Assembly (NCBI GenBank): GCA_030141605.1
Contig: JAQGDQ010000163.1
Span: forward strand, 62,001-126,000
From: Tubiluchus corallicola
Taxonomy: Eukaryota; Animalia; Priapulida
Length of the DNA stretch: 64,000 bases
Reading direction: 5' to 3'
Part shown: positions 53,390 through 64,000 of the stretch, in pieces
How the letters are laid out: the number at the start of each line of letters is the position of its first letter
How positions within the stretch are numbered: the stretch's first letter is position 1
Translations under genes and position numbers: made by a program
Notes under the pieces: generated by a model
Told to the model about the DNA's origin: nothing
Seen by the model: only the letters and a program-made list of their open reading frames with translations
Database searches by the model: none

Positions 53390-54532
53390 CATTTGCAGTA
53401 CATTAAGTAACTATAACAAAATAGGAAGGGCATTGAGAGTAATACTTGATTGATCAGTGTGTTAGCCGTGAAACTTGAGCAGCTGTATGCCAGCTTATTA
53501 AACGAATAGGTGATAAAACAGGAGGAAGGGGAGGTGGTTCACCTACCATACTATCTTCAGTTCTTTCACTTTTTTAAAATGGTCATACGTATTCGATCAT
53601 GCCTAAGACATATCGGCTGGTTAAGTATTCCATAATAGATAATAATCCACGGATTATAATTAGCAAGGCACTGGTACTGCCACATAACCATTTAATATTC
53701 GTCATTGGCTATGATGGGACCACCAGCAAGGATGCTGAAGTGTATAATAAACACTGGGCTGCGTTATTTATCACAGAATTTGTGACAATTAAGCCCCGTA
53801 AATGTGAAGCTAGGAATGTTAGAAAATAATTAGACCTTGCGACTGCGGCATTGTAATTACATCATTATCGTTTGTTATTGTTTATTATGGTAACAAACAA
53901 TGTTTTTCTGACATCTGAGAAGCCATTGGTTACTATAATGTGCTGTTTGTGTTGAGTCTCGACATTGTATTTTCTATCCATGAACAAGTTTTTAATAAGT
54001 CTATCTGCTCCGCGCATGTTCCCGAAGAACTCTCTTGATTCAAGTGATATTTTTCTGCCCATGTAATAGGAACCATGTTAATGTGTTGAGCAACGTAAAA
54101 CAGGCTGAGGGCAATTCTAAAGAACCTCTAAATATTATATGTAAAGCTACGAAAATTTCAACTTGATTGCCTCCGGTCAGTCATGGCTCCCACCATCGGA
54201 CATTACTTCATTTTTTCGTGTAAAAAGTTCATTGCTACGCCAACGGACGGTTTTTAGTTGGTCTAAATGTAAGCTTTCAATGATTTAGCTGGCGTGTATA
54301 AGCACATTGAATATGCTAGGAAGGATTTGCAACAATATCGGAGGTCTTGGAAAGTCCGTGGGGCATCAGTAACGCGTGCGAAATGTTAGGGGCTGTGGGA
54401 GGACCTGTCAAATCAGAGGAAATGTATTTTGTAAACCAGTGGAAGCACTTCCAAACGAAATTATCGTGTTTTAGGTGTGAATTATCCAGACAGGGATGAC
54501 AATGGAGCCGTGACCAGCAAAACCAGGAAAAA

Positions 54533-54602
54533 ATGAAATTAGCATTGGATTACGTTTCCTATGAGGTGCTCTTGCTTGTCCTTCTCTCAGTATTTAAATC
54601 AG
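54533..54602 (+). CDS. Ly6/uPAR three-finger protein (quiver/sleepless-like), exon 1, signal peptide
   Basis: aaaATG start. Translates MKLALDYVSYEVLLLVLLSVFKS with a phase-1 donor gttggt, and joins in frame to give ...KSGLC-VGCFTC. Confidence 0.8.
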
Positions 54603-54801
54603 GTTGGTACAATCATTGCTGCTCGATTATTAATGCACACTGTGAAAGAAATGTTAATAGAACATAAGTATCTATTAACGTTAAAGAACCGTTAATAGAA
54701 CTTCCTTTTTGTCGATGAATGGCGCCACATTACTCAGAATAGCCCTGAATAAAGGTAACAGCAAAACTGCCTTGTTGTCCCCCTTTTTCCCATAAAGTTA
54801 A

Positions 54802-55372
54802 AGGAAGACAGGGTGATTTTTCATATACTACCCCATTTACAAGTCCGATAAAACTTGCACATTTTAGCACAATTAATACTACAAAAGCGTTTCTGATACT
54901 TAAATAATAGATTAAAAATTTAATTAATGGCGGCCGAGCCCAATTATTGATGACATCACAAACTAACATAAATATTCCATGAGCGTGCTGCACGTGTTTG
55001 CTAAAGCGAAAATTGAAGTACGGTGCTACTGTAAGATATTCAGAGTGTTGTACTAAAACTCGGCAAATTTTAAGCTAAATTTTCAAATTTACCACTGTAA
55101 TCATGCATGAGTTGTCGAATGAGTGTAATTCACCAGGAACTAACACATCTGAACGGAGAGATACAGCACCTGTTTTTTGTGTGCAGTGTTTCCGAAATGC
55201 AGGGGCTAGTGACTATCTAGCTAACGAATGGCAAAATGCATGCAAGAGCGAAAAACTATTGGTGCAATTGTGTTTGTTATGTAATAATTCTTTCACGCAA
55301 GCCATTTTTGAAAAAATATTTTAAAGAGTAGATTGTTTTGACCTACAGTTTAAGCTTGAGCCCGGTTTTGCT
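54802..55372 (+). mobile_element. Kolobok-like non-autonomous element, copy A (in Ly6 intron 1)
   Basis: TTAA|AGGAAGAC...GTTTTGCT|TTAA; collinear with 57528-58440. Confidence 0.75.
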
Positions 55373-55505
55373 TTAAGTGTTACTAGAGTTTGGTCTGTTA
55401 AAAATTTTAAAAGGCTGAAGCTAATGATATTAGGCTCCTCTTTCTTACCAGGAGCCAACTGGTCTATAATTTTTCTGTGTTAAGAATATTTCTTCGACAT
55501 TTTAG

Positions 55506-55676
55506 GGTTATGTGTGGGCTGTTTTACCTGTTATTCCCATAATGGTTCAGATCCCGGATGTGAGGATCCCTACAATCCATACGAGAGCACATATATGCCC
55601 AACTGCTTTGTTGGCAGGCAGGAGAGAAAGGGACTCTTTCCCGCACAGTATTGCGTCAAAGTTAAAGGAAAAGATG
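55506..55676 (+). CDS. Ly6/uPAR three-finger protein, exon 2
   Basis: tttag acceptor and gtaagt donor. Translates LCVGCFTCYSHNGSDPGCEDPYNP...CFVGRQERKGLFPAQYCVKVKGKD. Confidence 0.9.
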
Positions 55677-55814
55677 GTAAGTACACGATACATGTTCCTT
55701 ACACTGATCAAATGTTTATAAAAATATCATATGTTGATCACTTTAAAAACCACTGCTTTTGGTCAATTTCTAATCCGGTTACCACTATATGTGAGCATTC
55801 TCTACCAGAAAGTG

Positions 55815-56148
55815 AATTAAAATCGATTCGAATTTGTGACTTTCGAACTCAAATCAAACCGAATTTTGAGACTTCGAATCCTAATTCATTTTTAAAGATT
55901 TTCAAATGAATTTTCGAATCACTAATAAGAAACAATCTCAAAAAGATCATGCATAATACTTGATTTTATAACTGCAGTAAAAATACTAATAATTTGTTTA
56001 AAAATTGTGCACAGAAATGACAGCTAAATTATGTTGATTGCATGATGTTTCAAACGTTTTAATGATAAGGATGTATGTAGTTGAAGTTTGAATCAATAAT
56101 ATTTGAATCATTTTAATCCGGAATTCAAACGAACTAAAAAACTCGTTC
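55815..56148 (-). mobile_element. Dispersed repeat (ATTCGA-rich family), copy 2, in Ly6 intron 2
   Basis: Reverse-complement similarity to 44121-44350. Confidence 0.65.
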
Positions 56149-56355
56149 ACCCCAAGTTACCACCTTTGAGATTGCGCACTTGGCTTCCTTGGCGACCATA
56201 TTTCCAATAATTAAGACATTAGTTCTAAGAAATGAAATACATTGTTCATGATAAAAAGAAGAACCACAACATGTTTCAACATTATTTTATTATCTGGCTT
56301 CAACACTATTTTAACATAATGGAATACAGATAATTGCTTTTCTTTTCATTAACAG

Positions 56356-56573
56356 GCAATGGAGAAGCAACGACAATTCGAGCGTGCTCCTTATTTGGAA
56401 TGGCTCAACAATGCGGTGTCTTCATTTACGAAGGAATTGAAATGACTGGCTGTGTTTTAACCTGTGACTATGACGGCTGCAATGGCAGCTTGCCATTAAA
56501 CAGTCTTTCCTCGGTGACTCACATTGTTACTGCATTGTTACTTAGTGCAGCTATGTCGTGCCTGTTACGATAG
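56356..56573 (+). CDS. Ly6/uPAR three-finger protein, exon 3 with GPI signal
   Basis: aacag acceptor. Translates IRACS..QCGVF...GCVLTCDYDGCN followed by a hydrophobic C-terminal tail. Total protein is 152 aa. Confidence 0.9.
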
Positions 56574-57527
56574 TACTAGATGCCACAGTGCAGTGCTGAA
56601 CAACTGGTGTGTCCGTGACCAATGTGCCTCTATTTCAAACGTGTTAAGTAATGAAAAGTGTGTAACGGAGTGCGTCATATAACAAACATTGCTGAGGATG
56701 TTGGATTACAATTTTACTTATGTCGTTTAGGCTTTAATACATTAAGTTAAATTTAATTGCAAATGGAGTATCTCCGCTAGGCCGAACTTCGCAGAATGTG
56801 GAGAATTTATCTTGCAAATGTTTTGTTTTTTATTTTCCGATTGGTAAATAAATTTGTGGTTAACAACTCATGGTTAATGTAAATAACGTGGTTGCAAAGA
56901 GTGGTCTCATTCGCATCATACATAATTCAGTCGGATATTTTTTTACAGTGAGTTAAATTTTGTTCAGTCTTCAGTTGTTAAGCTGAAGTAACACCAAAAA
57001 GAATATGGAAGAATTTGACAACTATCAGTAAGTCTAACTTACAAAACAGGCTAAAGATAGTGGAATGTACTGCGTCCCATATTTCAGCTAAAAAGCTAAG
57101 CAAATGCTTGTTGACAGGCGATAAGAGCCACAGACTGTTAACAACCCACACAAGCCAAATGTTGCTTTCAAATACGACAAGTAACACCAATGTTGCTTAG
57201 CGAACAAAAAAACTAACATACCCACGGCAATTTTTCTAGGGTTATGCGTATGTAAACTGTTACAAAATCAGCTTTTCAGACAAATCATACGTACTTGTAT
57301 AATTCTAGAACAGGCAAATTAAGCAGTACAAAACATTTACATTATACTCTTGCGAGAAACTTTCTAATCAGTAAAACTAGTAGCAGAAGAAACTAATTGA
57401 CAAGAATTAGTGAAAATATTGAAATTGTTTATCACAGGCAGAGCACCTACAATTTTTAAACTGAGTCATTAAACATTTTCCTTCATTATCACGTGTCACT
57501 AAAACATGGGAGAACATCCATACTTAA

Positions 57528-58440
57528 AGGAAGACGGGATGATTTTTCATATACTACCCCATTTTTATGTTTGACGAAAAGTATACATTTTAGCACAATT
57601 AATAGTGCAAAAGCATTTTTGACAAATAAAAACTTAATTAAAGGTTATTAACTTTTATAAAACTTTTAAATGACATCACATACTAACATAATTTTCAACA
57701 GTAAAGGTATTCCACAAGCATGTAGCATGTGTTAGCAAAAGCAAAAGCAAGTATAGTGCTACTACAAGATATTCAGGTTGTTGCACTCAAACTAGCCAAG
57801 TTTTAAAGGACAAGAAAAGCTATTATTAATTCTTCACGATAAAACTTATGCGTGAAACTACAGGAAGTACTGTACAACAGTGTACGCACCGCGAACAACC
57901 TAAAGGGTATTTAAACTCACCTTCGCTAGGTCTGCTAACTGTGAATGTACGATTTACGCCTACGTTGTGTGTGTCTGTGTAACGTAATGGAGCAGTCAGG
58001 ACAGTATTACGGGAGGCTTAAAATAAAAGGAAACGGGAATTTCTTTTAACGTGAGTATGATATGCGTTTAAAGTTGCTATAAACTAATATAATCTTTTAA
58101 GGCAATTTTTCTGAAATCCACTTCAAAAACGCCTTTTCTTGTCCTTCAAGATAAAAATTCAAATTTCAAATTTACTGCTGTGCTTACGCACGAGGTGTCG
58201 AATGTGTGTAGTTCGTCACAAACTAATACATCTGAACTGAGAGGTACAGCACCTCTTTTTTGTGTAACACATTTCCGAAAAATAGGCGCTAGTGCCCGTC
58301 TAACTAACAAATGGTGAAATTGGGTTCGTGCGGTAATAATTCTTTCGCGATAGTCATTTTTAAAAAAAAGGTGTTTTTTTTCAATATTTTGAAGAGTAGA
58401 TTGTTTTAATCTACAGTTTAAGATCGGGTCCAGTTTTGCT
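57528..58440 (+). mobile_element. Kolobok-like non-autonomous element, copy B, carrying a nested insertion
   Basis: TTAA flanks, with the same termini and internal blocks as copy A. Confidence 0.75.
57807..58145. mobile_element. Nested Kolobok-like MITE
   Basis: Perfect 13-bp TIR AGGACAAGAAAAG/CTTTTCTTGTCCT flanked by TTAA/TCAA. Copy A has only TTAA at the homologous position. Confidence 0.8.
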
Positions 58441-58697
58441 TTAAACAAAATATTAGACATTTAAGCCATTAAACCAAGTATGCTAGCGAGGGGAAAATGG
58501 CACCAGGTGAGCATTCGAAGCAATCAAAACAGGAGATATTAAACATTCTCCTTCTCTTGGTGCCCGAACAAGCTTCGTCTTCAGTTTTAAAAAGAAGTGA
58601 CATTTGTCGAGGTTAAGTTACTGTCACGGAAAACACTTTCTTACTTCAACAGTCAATTTCTACTTATCAACAGATATCACTGTAGCGCGTCACCGTC

Positions 58698-58856
58698 TCA
58701 TTCGTGGAAAGCTTCCATACGGACTCTGTTGCAGTCATTCGGATGACGGAGAATGATTCCGCATCGCAACAACAGCTCTGTGTAGTAGTCCCAGTGCTCG
58801 GCTGACAAAGTAATATACGGATCGTGTGGGGAATCAAACAGTTTATTCAAAAGCAC
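58698..58856 (-). CDS. CENPK: Centromere protein K, last exon
   Basis: Translates VLLNKLFDSPHDPYITLSAEHWDYYTELLLRCGIILRHPNDCNRVRMEAFHE*, matching the conserved CENP-K C-terminus (PHDPY, ELLLR.GI..RHP.D..R.R.EAFH). Confidence 0.95.
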   Translation of the reverse strand: MLLNKLFDSPHDPYITLSAEHWDYYTELLLRCGIILRHPNDCNRVRMEAFHE

Positions 58857-59783
58857 CTAAAAAATAAATAACAATTGTGACGGGAAATACATGAAAAAAT
58901 GGATAAACACTAAAACACAAAGTGCATGCACAAAGCTACTCGGACATGGATTTATTGTTATTGAAAAAAGTAGGATGCCTGACTGCCTGTATCATATCAG
59001 AAAATGTCTAATACACTACCTGTTAAGAAAACCACTATATGATTTTGCATGGAGTACTGCAGCCACATCTAGGTTTGTTACGTTAACCCATTTACAGATT
59101 ATAAAAGCTTTTAAACCATATCGCGTATTATCAATATGGTGGCTCTGATTTGGGGGTCAAACCTGTAATCTTTTACCCATCAAAAATCGGTTGTCAAGTT
59201 AAACATTGTTTTTTTTGTTTCTAGTTAGTTTAATAGAAGGTGCTCCAAGGACCTGTTGTCATTGGTTCCTATCTCCTAAATGCCAGCAGCTTGGACCTAA
59301 TCTATATTTTGCTGTGGTTCGTTTAGATTTTTACCTTGGTCATCTGCAGATACAGAGCTGCTGCTGATAAATCCAGGTGTTCCTTCAGAACTCTTATCTA
59401 AAGATTCCATTGTTTTTTCTGTTAAATACAACGTCGCCCAGTTCAAGAATTATGGAAAAGACGGGCACCCAATTCAAAATAATTTCTTTAGAGTAAGATT
59501 CATACTCCAAAAGAATATACAATTAGTTAACACTAAGTATCCTAAACAAGATGCATGTCTCTAACTAAAACAATCTTGTTATGAAGAAGTCACCACATTT
59601 CACAAAAAGAACACCTGCATCTCCACGTGATTATGGGTTAACATATTGATCAGCAGGTTACTTGGTTACTTCAGGAAAAATAAATGAGTAACACGAAACA
59701 AGAAGAAAAACCTACAGACCACATAATATAAACACGATTAAAACAAACATATGGTTGTAGAAATGTACAATATTACCACTTAC

Positions 59784-59843
59784 CTCTAAATAAGCTTGTA
59801 GTGTGAGGTAAATCCTGTTTGTACTCTCACCAGATGTGTACCT
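59784..59843 (-). CDS. CENPK: CENP-K exon 5
   Basis: ttttag acceptor and gtaagt donor. Translates RYTSGESTNRIYLTLQAYLE, phase 0-0. Confidence 0.85.
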
Positions 59844-60112
59844 CTAAAATGCAAAAAAGTGGTAAACTAAACAACCACAGTTTTAACTTTTCGTCGGTAT
59901 ATGATTTAGGAATTACCACGTTTAACTACAGCCATGCCTGACTTTCAGCACAGACACCACTGCATTAGACAATTTGTAATAATGTTTTGGCTGCATTTAG
60001 TATACCCCACCCCCACCCCTCTCTCTAGCTCTTTTTCTCATGGCTGCAAATCAGAGTAATGAGCCACAGTAAAACAAGAAAAGTAGCAGAAAGTTTAAAT
60101 GACGACTCCTAC

Positions 60113-60344
60113 CTTCCGCTTTCCCACACTGTTTGGATGGTCTCCCGGACGGGGAAAGTGCTCCAAGCAGAAATCATTAAGCTTTCGCATCAGGAATACC
60201 TGATACTTGCACAATTTCTCATGTTTCTCTTCCAACTCTTTCTGAACTCGCTTGTCATTTTTGTATTCCTCTGCGCTATACTCAGCAAGTTTACTCTGCA
60301 GTTCTCTGTTCAATGCCTTGTCTTGTTCAAGTAGTTGCTCCTCC
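60113..60344 (-). CDS. CENPK: CENP-K exon 4
   Basis: tttag acceptor and gtagga donor. Translates EEQLLEQDKALNRELQ...LMRKLNDFCLEHFPRP...KRK, with the HFP motif. Confidence 0.9.
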
Positions 60345-60471
60345 CTAAATGTGAAAGAAACACCTCAGCGTAAAATCTGTGACGTCAAAACTTTGGAACA
60401 CAATTATACCAATGGATTGCACTTACATCTGTGTATAACTTATTTCTTTGTAATTAAGCAATGAGGCATAC

Positions 60472-60601
60472 CTTCGCAACTGTTCTTCCTCCAACTGCTT
60501 CTGAGCTTTTACATGGAGACGAACTTGCTCCAACTGTTTACAGTGAGTCTGTAAGTCTTCCTCTAACTTGGCAGTCAATAATTCCTTGTTCTGAGGGAGT
60601 A
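60472..60601 (-). CDS. CENPK: CENP-K exon 3
   Basis: ttcag acceptor and gtatgc donor. Translates LPQNKELLTAKLEEDLQTHCKQLEQVRLHVKAQKQLEEEQLR, a coiled-coil segment. Confidence 0.87.
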
Positions 60602-61356
60602 CTGAAAGACAAAAAAGTAAATGTAATTATTTTTTAATTAGAAAATAATAAAAAATAATTACATATTTTGCAGTAGTGAGCCAAAATTGTTTTTCCACAG
60701 CATTTAAAAGGAATTCAATAAAGCACTGTTTCCAGATATGAAAGAACAATTTATTTTGTAATGAACTCAGAATAGGTTTTGGCAGGTAATGAGCTGTTTG
60801 CCAACAGATACGCCTCCTAGTCCCTCGTTGAAAGGTAGCCTATAATGTGTAAAGAACAACTTACTATATGAAGGTTGCAAATGAATTGTAATTCACGGTG
60901 CATACAGGAGCTGCTTACAAGTCATTTAAGTTGCCAGACACAATAAAAAATAAAACACTCAAATTAATCCCTCGATTTTCTCTTTTGCAAAAATTGTATC
61001 CTTATAGACAACAAAAGGTGTGGTGACCTTTCAGTTTTTCTACAAACTGGTGGCCTAAGGTATCTATCAAGAAATGTAAATCAATTTTGTAATTTGTACG
61101 CAACTTTAGTTTCCCAAATGGGGGACTTCTAGTGTTTAAAACTTATACAGATTTCTCAGCCTGACAAAACTGTTGTTGCTTTGTAATGCACTGACTGGCA
61201 TGGCTACTTGAAATACAGAAAATCGAAGTTTAAGTTCCAATTCCAGTGGAGAAGTAAAATTTTTTATGATCTGTAATTTAATCACAAAAGTGCAGTTGCA
61301 AATTCTTATCATATTTGCACTTTAATACCGATGTAAGAAAATTACCAACAATTTAC

Positions 61357-61480
61357 CATTTAGCTTTAATTTTTCTAAAGCAAGGATTTCTCCTTGAAGT
61401 TGACATTGTTCAGTGACAGTTTCATCGCTAGTTGCATTTTCTTTACTCCTCTTTTCATGCTCAGCTATCTGCTCTTGCAG
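61357..61480 (-). CDS. CENPK: CENP-K exon 2
   Basis: ttaag acceptor and gtaaat donor. Translates LQEQIAEHEKRSKENATSDETVTEQCQLQGEILALEKLKLN; phase fits. Confidence 0.8.
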
Positions 61481-61973
61481 CTTAATTAAAAGAAACCATT
61501 TACCACTAAATTTTACCACAGACCTTTGAAGAGACATTTAATAAAAATTAATCATTGACAAAATGAATTAACACACGTAACAAATGATAATAATTTAAAA
61601 TTTATATTTTTTATAGAAATGCTACAAAAATAAAAAAAACACAAAATAAAATTTATAAGATTGCCTTTATATCATTCACCTGTATCTTAGCAAGAAAATG
61701 TGTAAGTTTGAAGAAATATAACAAGTTTGAAGTTGGTCAATAAAGCTGTAATTTAATCCATCAAATGCCAAGTAAACATTTCCCTTAGGTACAGACTTAA
61801 AGTGCAGCTCTGAGCTCTGCCTCCCCAAAGTGTCACATAACAGCATGGACAAAATTTGAAGAAAGTGATAACTATAGTGTTATAACTTATAAGAATTTTT
61901 AAAAGTAGTGAAGTAGATGTACTGGATTGAGTAAACACAGATAAAACAACAAAAAAATATTTTAGACCTATAC

Positions 61974-62060
61974 CTTTCCAATTCTGATCTTTGCCTGCTC
62001 ATTTTCTTCATCCAGTAATTTGCAAATCTCGCCAACAGACAAACCAGCCGCCCCAGCCAT
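61974..62060 (-). CDS. CENPK: CENP-K first coding exon
   Basis: ATG lies 1 nt after an acceptor. Translates MAGAAGLSVGEICKLLDEENEQAKIRIGK with donor gtatag. Total model is 263 aa. Confidence 0.75.
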
Positions 62061-62990
62061 CCTTTATGAGAAAAAAACACAGAATCAACGTCACACAACG
62101 ATAATTATCATCATGTAGAAGATGTAAGTTAAAGATGTTAAACTACTACAAATTACTTAGTTACCAAACCATGTCACCAAATTATAATTATTAAGCTGCA
62201 CAAAACTAAACTAGAATCTCAATTAAACCCGAATATCTGGTGCGTATTTAAAGAAAAGTGTGAACTAACTAAGCAATATGATCAGATGAGGTAGATTTAA
62301 CTAGACTGCGACCCACTCGACAATACCAGAGATTTGATACAGATGCTCTTACGGTGCTGTATTCAGTGTACTCTACCATCAAGTAAAACTTCCCGCCAGG
62401 TGACGACACATCGATAGGTTTTATTTAACCAATCAAAAGCCACGATTAAATCGAAGGACAACAACATGGCTTCTGCCTTGGTAAGTGTGCTGTGTGAATA
62501 CATAACTATTGTTTCTTCTTGCCGTTTATGACGTTTTTAAAATTTTTCATTAATTACTAGGTTAATTACTATTTTGGTACCCTGTGTTTACTTAAACGTG
62601 TCATTTGTCAACATAAGTAAGTTTTAATATATGAGCTGGCCTGGGTTTTGGTAAAATACTCGTCAATTGAGAACGATCGAGATTTCTTTTCAATTCATAA
62701 TGATTTATGCTGTTACAAAATCGGTTTTACTCGTACCCAAAATTAAGTATAACGGCTGAAACCTGGAGATAACTATATTTAACATGTCAGTTACGGCAAG
62801 TTTAGTATAGTGGAGGGCAAATAGTATATCTGCTGATGCCCCCGTCTTTGGATTATGGATATGAATAAAATTATGTTCTCAAATATAGTCACAAATTTAC
62901 TCATTTGTTTAAACTAAAATAAGACAAGAAAATTTAATAACATCTTATTTAAAACGCATAACCTATTTTCCTCAAATAACTATGTACATC

Positions 62991-63130
62991 TGTCTTTCTC
63001 AACTATATATATATATATGTAAGTTTCTCAGTAAGTATATATATAGTAAGTGTCTTTCTCAACTATATATATATATATATATATATAGTTGCTTTGGCAG
63101 AAGACAAAAATTTGGCAGAAGACAAAAATT
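62991..63130. repeat. Local duplications with (TA)n
   Basis: tgtctttctcaac(ta)n occurs twice; ttggcagaagacaaaaat occurs twice. Confidence 0.8.
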
Positions 63131-63868
63131 TAGAGTTAATCAACACTTTTAAAGTTTTATTCGATAAGTGTAATGCATTTCAGCATCATATAATGCCTTC
63201 CTCACAAATCTGAAATTAATCAAGATGTAATTGGCTAAAAGCAGTTAGGACATCTGTATTTGACAATGGTTAAATGTGTGTTTATTATTCACTTTTTGGA
63301 CTAGGTAAAAACGATGGAGGCATGTGTATTTGACATTAGTTAAAAAAAGCAATAGCTAGGCGATAGATGCACAGGGTATTCCTTAAGTAAATATGTTTGC
63401 AGTAGTTTTTCAACAAATGTATTATATAGTAATGGTACACTTGGCTACAAATTCTTGAGTTCACATTGTAAAATTTTATTTTTAATGTAAAAATGTTGTT
63501 TAGCTATCATTTGTATCGTGATTAACTTTCAGTCTCTGGTGAAGTCATTATGATGCTGAAGCTTATTGGACTCATCAAATAAAGTTATTGATAACACCTG
63601 TCTTTTACATCATTTTGTCTTTTAAATCTTAAATATAACTTTGGCAAGGTTCATGGCCGAATAAATGGACGTGTATGCTTTATGTGGCAGCCATTGGTTT
63701 GATACGTGCTCTGGGCAATATCACCTGTAAACCTTGGCTGTCTACCTCATACTCATAGACAGTGGATGTACGTACTTCCAAATGTGGCTCAGATGCATCT
63801 GCCAGCTTGGGTGCTGGTGTTACAGTAATATTCTTGATAAGCCTGGCTCCACTACCACTCCAGTCATG

Positions 63869-63935
63869 TCACAAGCATCTCATTGAGTAGGTTCTGCGTT
63901 TGAATGTTGGGTTCGGGCTTGGGGCGTGCTGAAGT
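63869..63935 (-). CDS. Probable terminal coding exon of an unidentified gene entering from the right edge
   Basis: Acceptor ttcttccacag and elevated GC. The phase-2 reading gives LQHAPSPNPTFKRRTYSMRCL* (TGA); the frame cannot be confirmed without upstream exons. Confidence 0.45.
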
Positions 63936-64000
63936 CTGTGGAAGAACTTATTCTCAATTTGAGAGTAGAAAACAGTTTATGATAAATCATAAACTGGTGA

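Noticed and set aside
63973-63996. 11-bp perfect hairpin cagtttatgat-aa-atcataaactg
   Set aside because: Short, AT-rich and at the window edge; no functional interpretation can be supported.

Overview
AT-rich, intron-containing animal genomic DNA, most likely from an invertebrate bilaterian (inference). Four protein-coding genes could be rebuilt by hand with GT-AG splice sites and consistent reading phase. (1) SLC2A13/HMIT proton myo-inositol transporter on +: 8 coding exons at 2767-29474, with the first exon lying upstream of the window. (2) RBM15/spenito on -: a single coding exon at 40724-42850 with 3 RRMs and a SPOC domain. (3) A GPI-anchored Ly6/uPAR three-finger (quiver/sleepless-like) gene on +: 3 exons at 54533-56573. 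(4) CENP-K on -: 6 exons at 58698-62060. The terminal exon of a fifth, unidentified gene (-) probably enters at the right edge. Introns and intergenic DNA hold many non-autonomous elements: hAT, pogo/Tigger-like and Kolobok-like MITEs, foldback elements, LINE relics, a probable KDZ/Zisupton relic, a 32-bp minisatellite and microsatellites. The most notable observations are a TSD-flanked chimeric SINE (5S rRNA head, bipartite RTE body, (CCAA)n tail) at 17012-17536, a candidate UGA-C readthrough extension at 63680-63935, a possible UUG start for RBM15, and a Kolobok-in-Kolobok nested insertion. Family assignments come from motif recognition by eye; no database searches were run.
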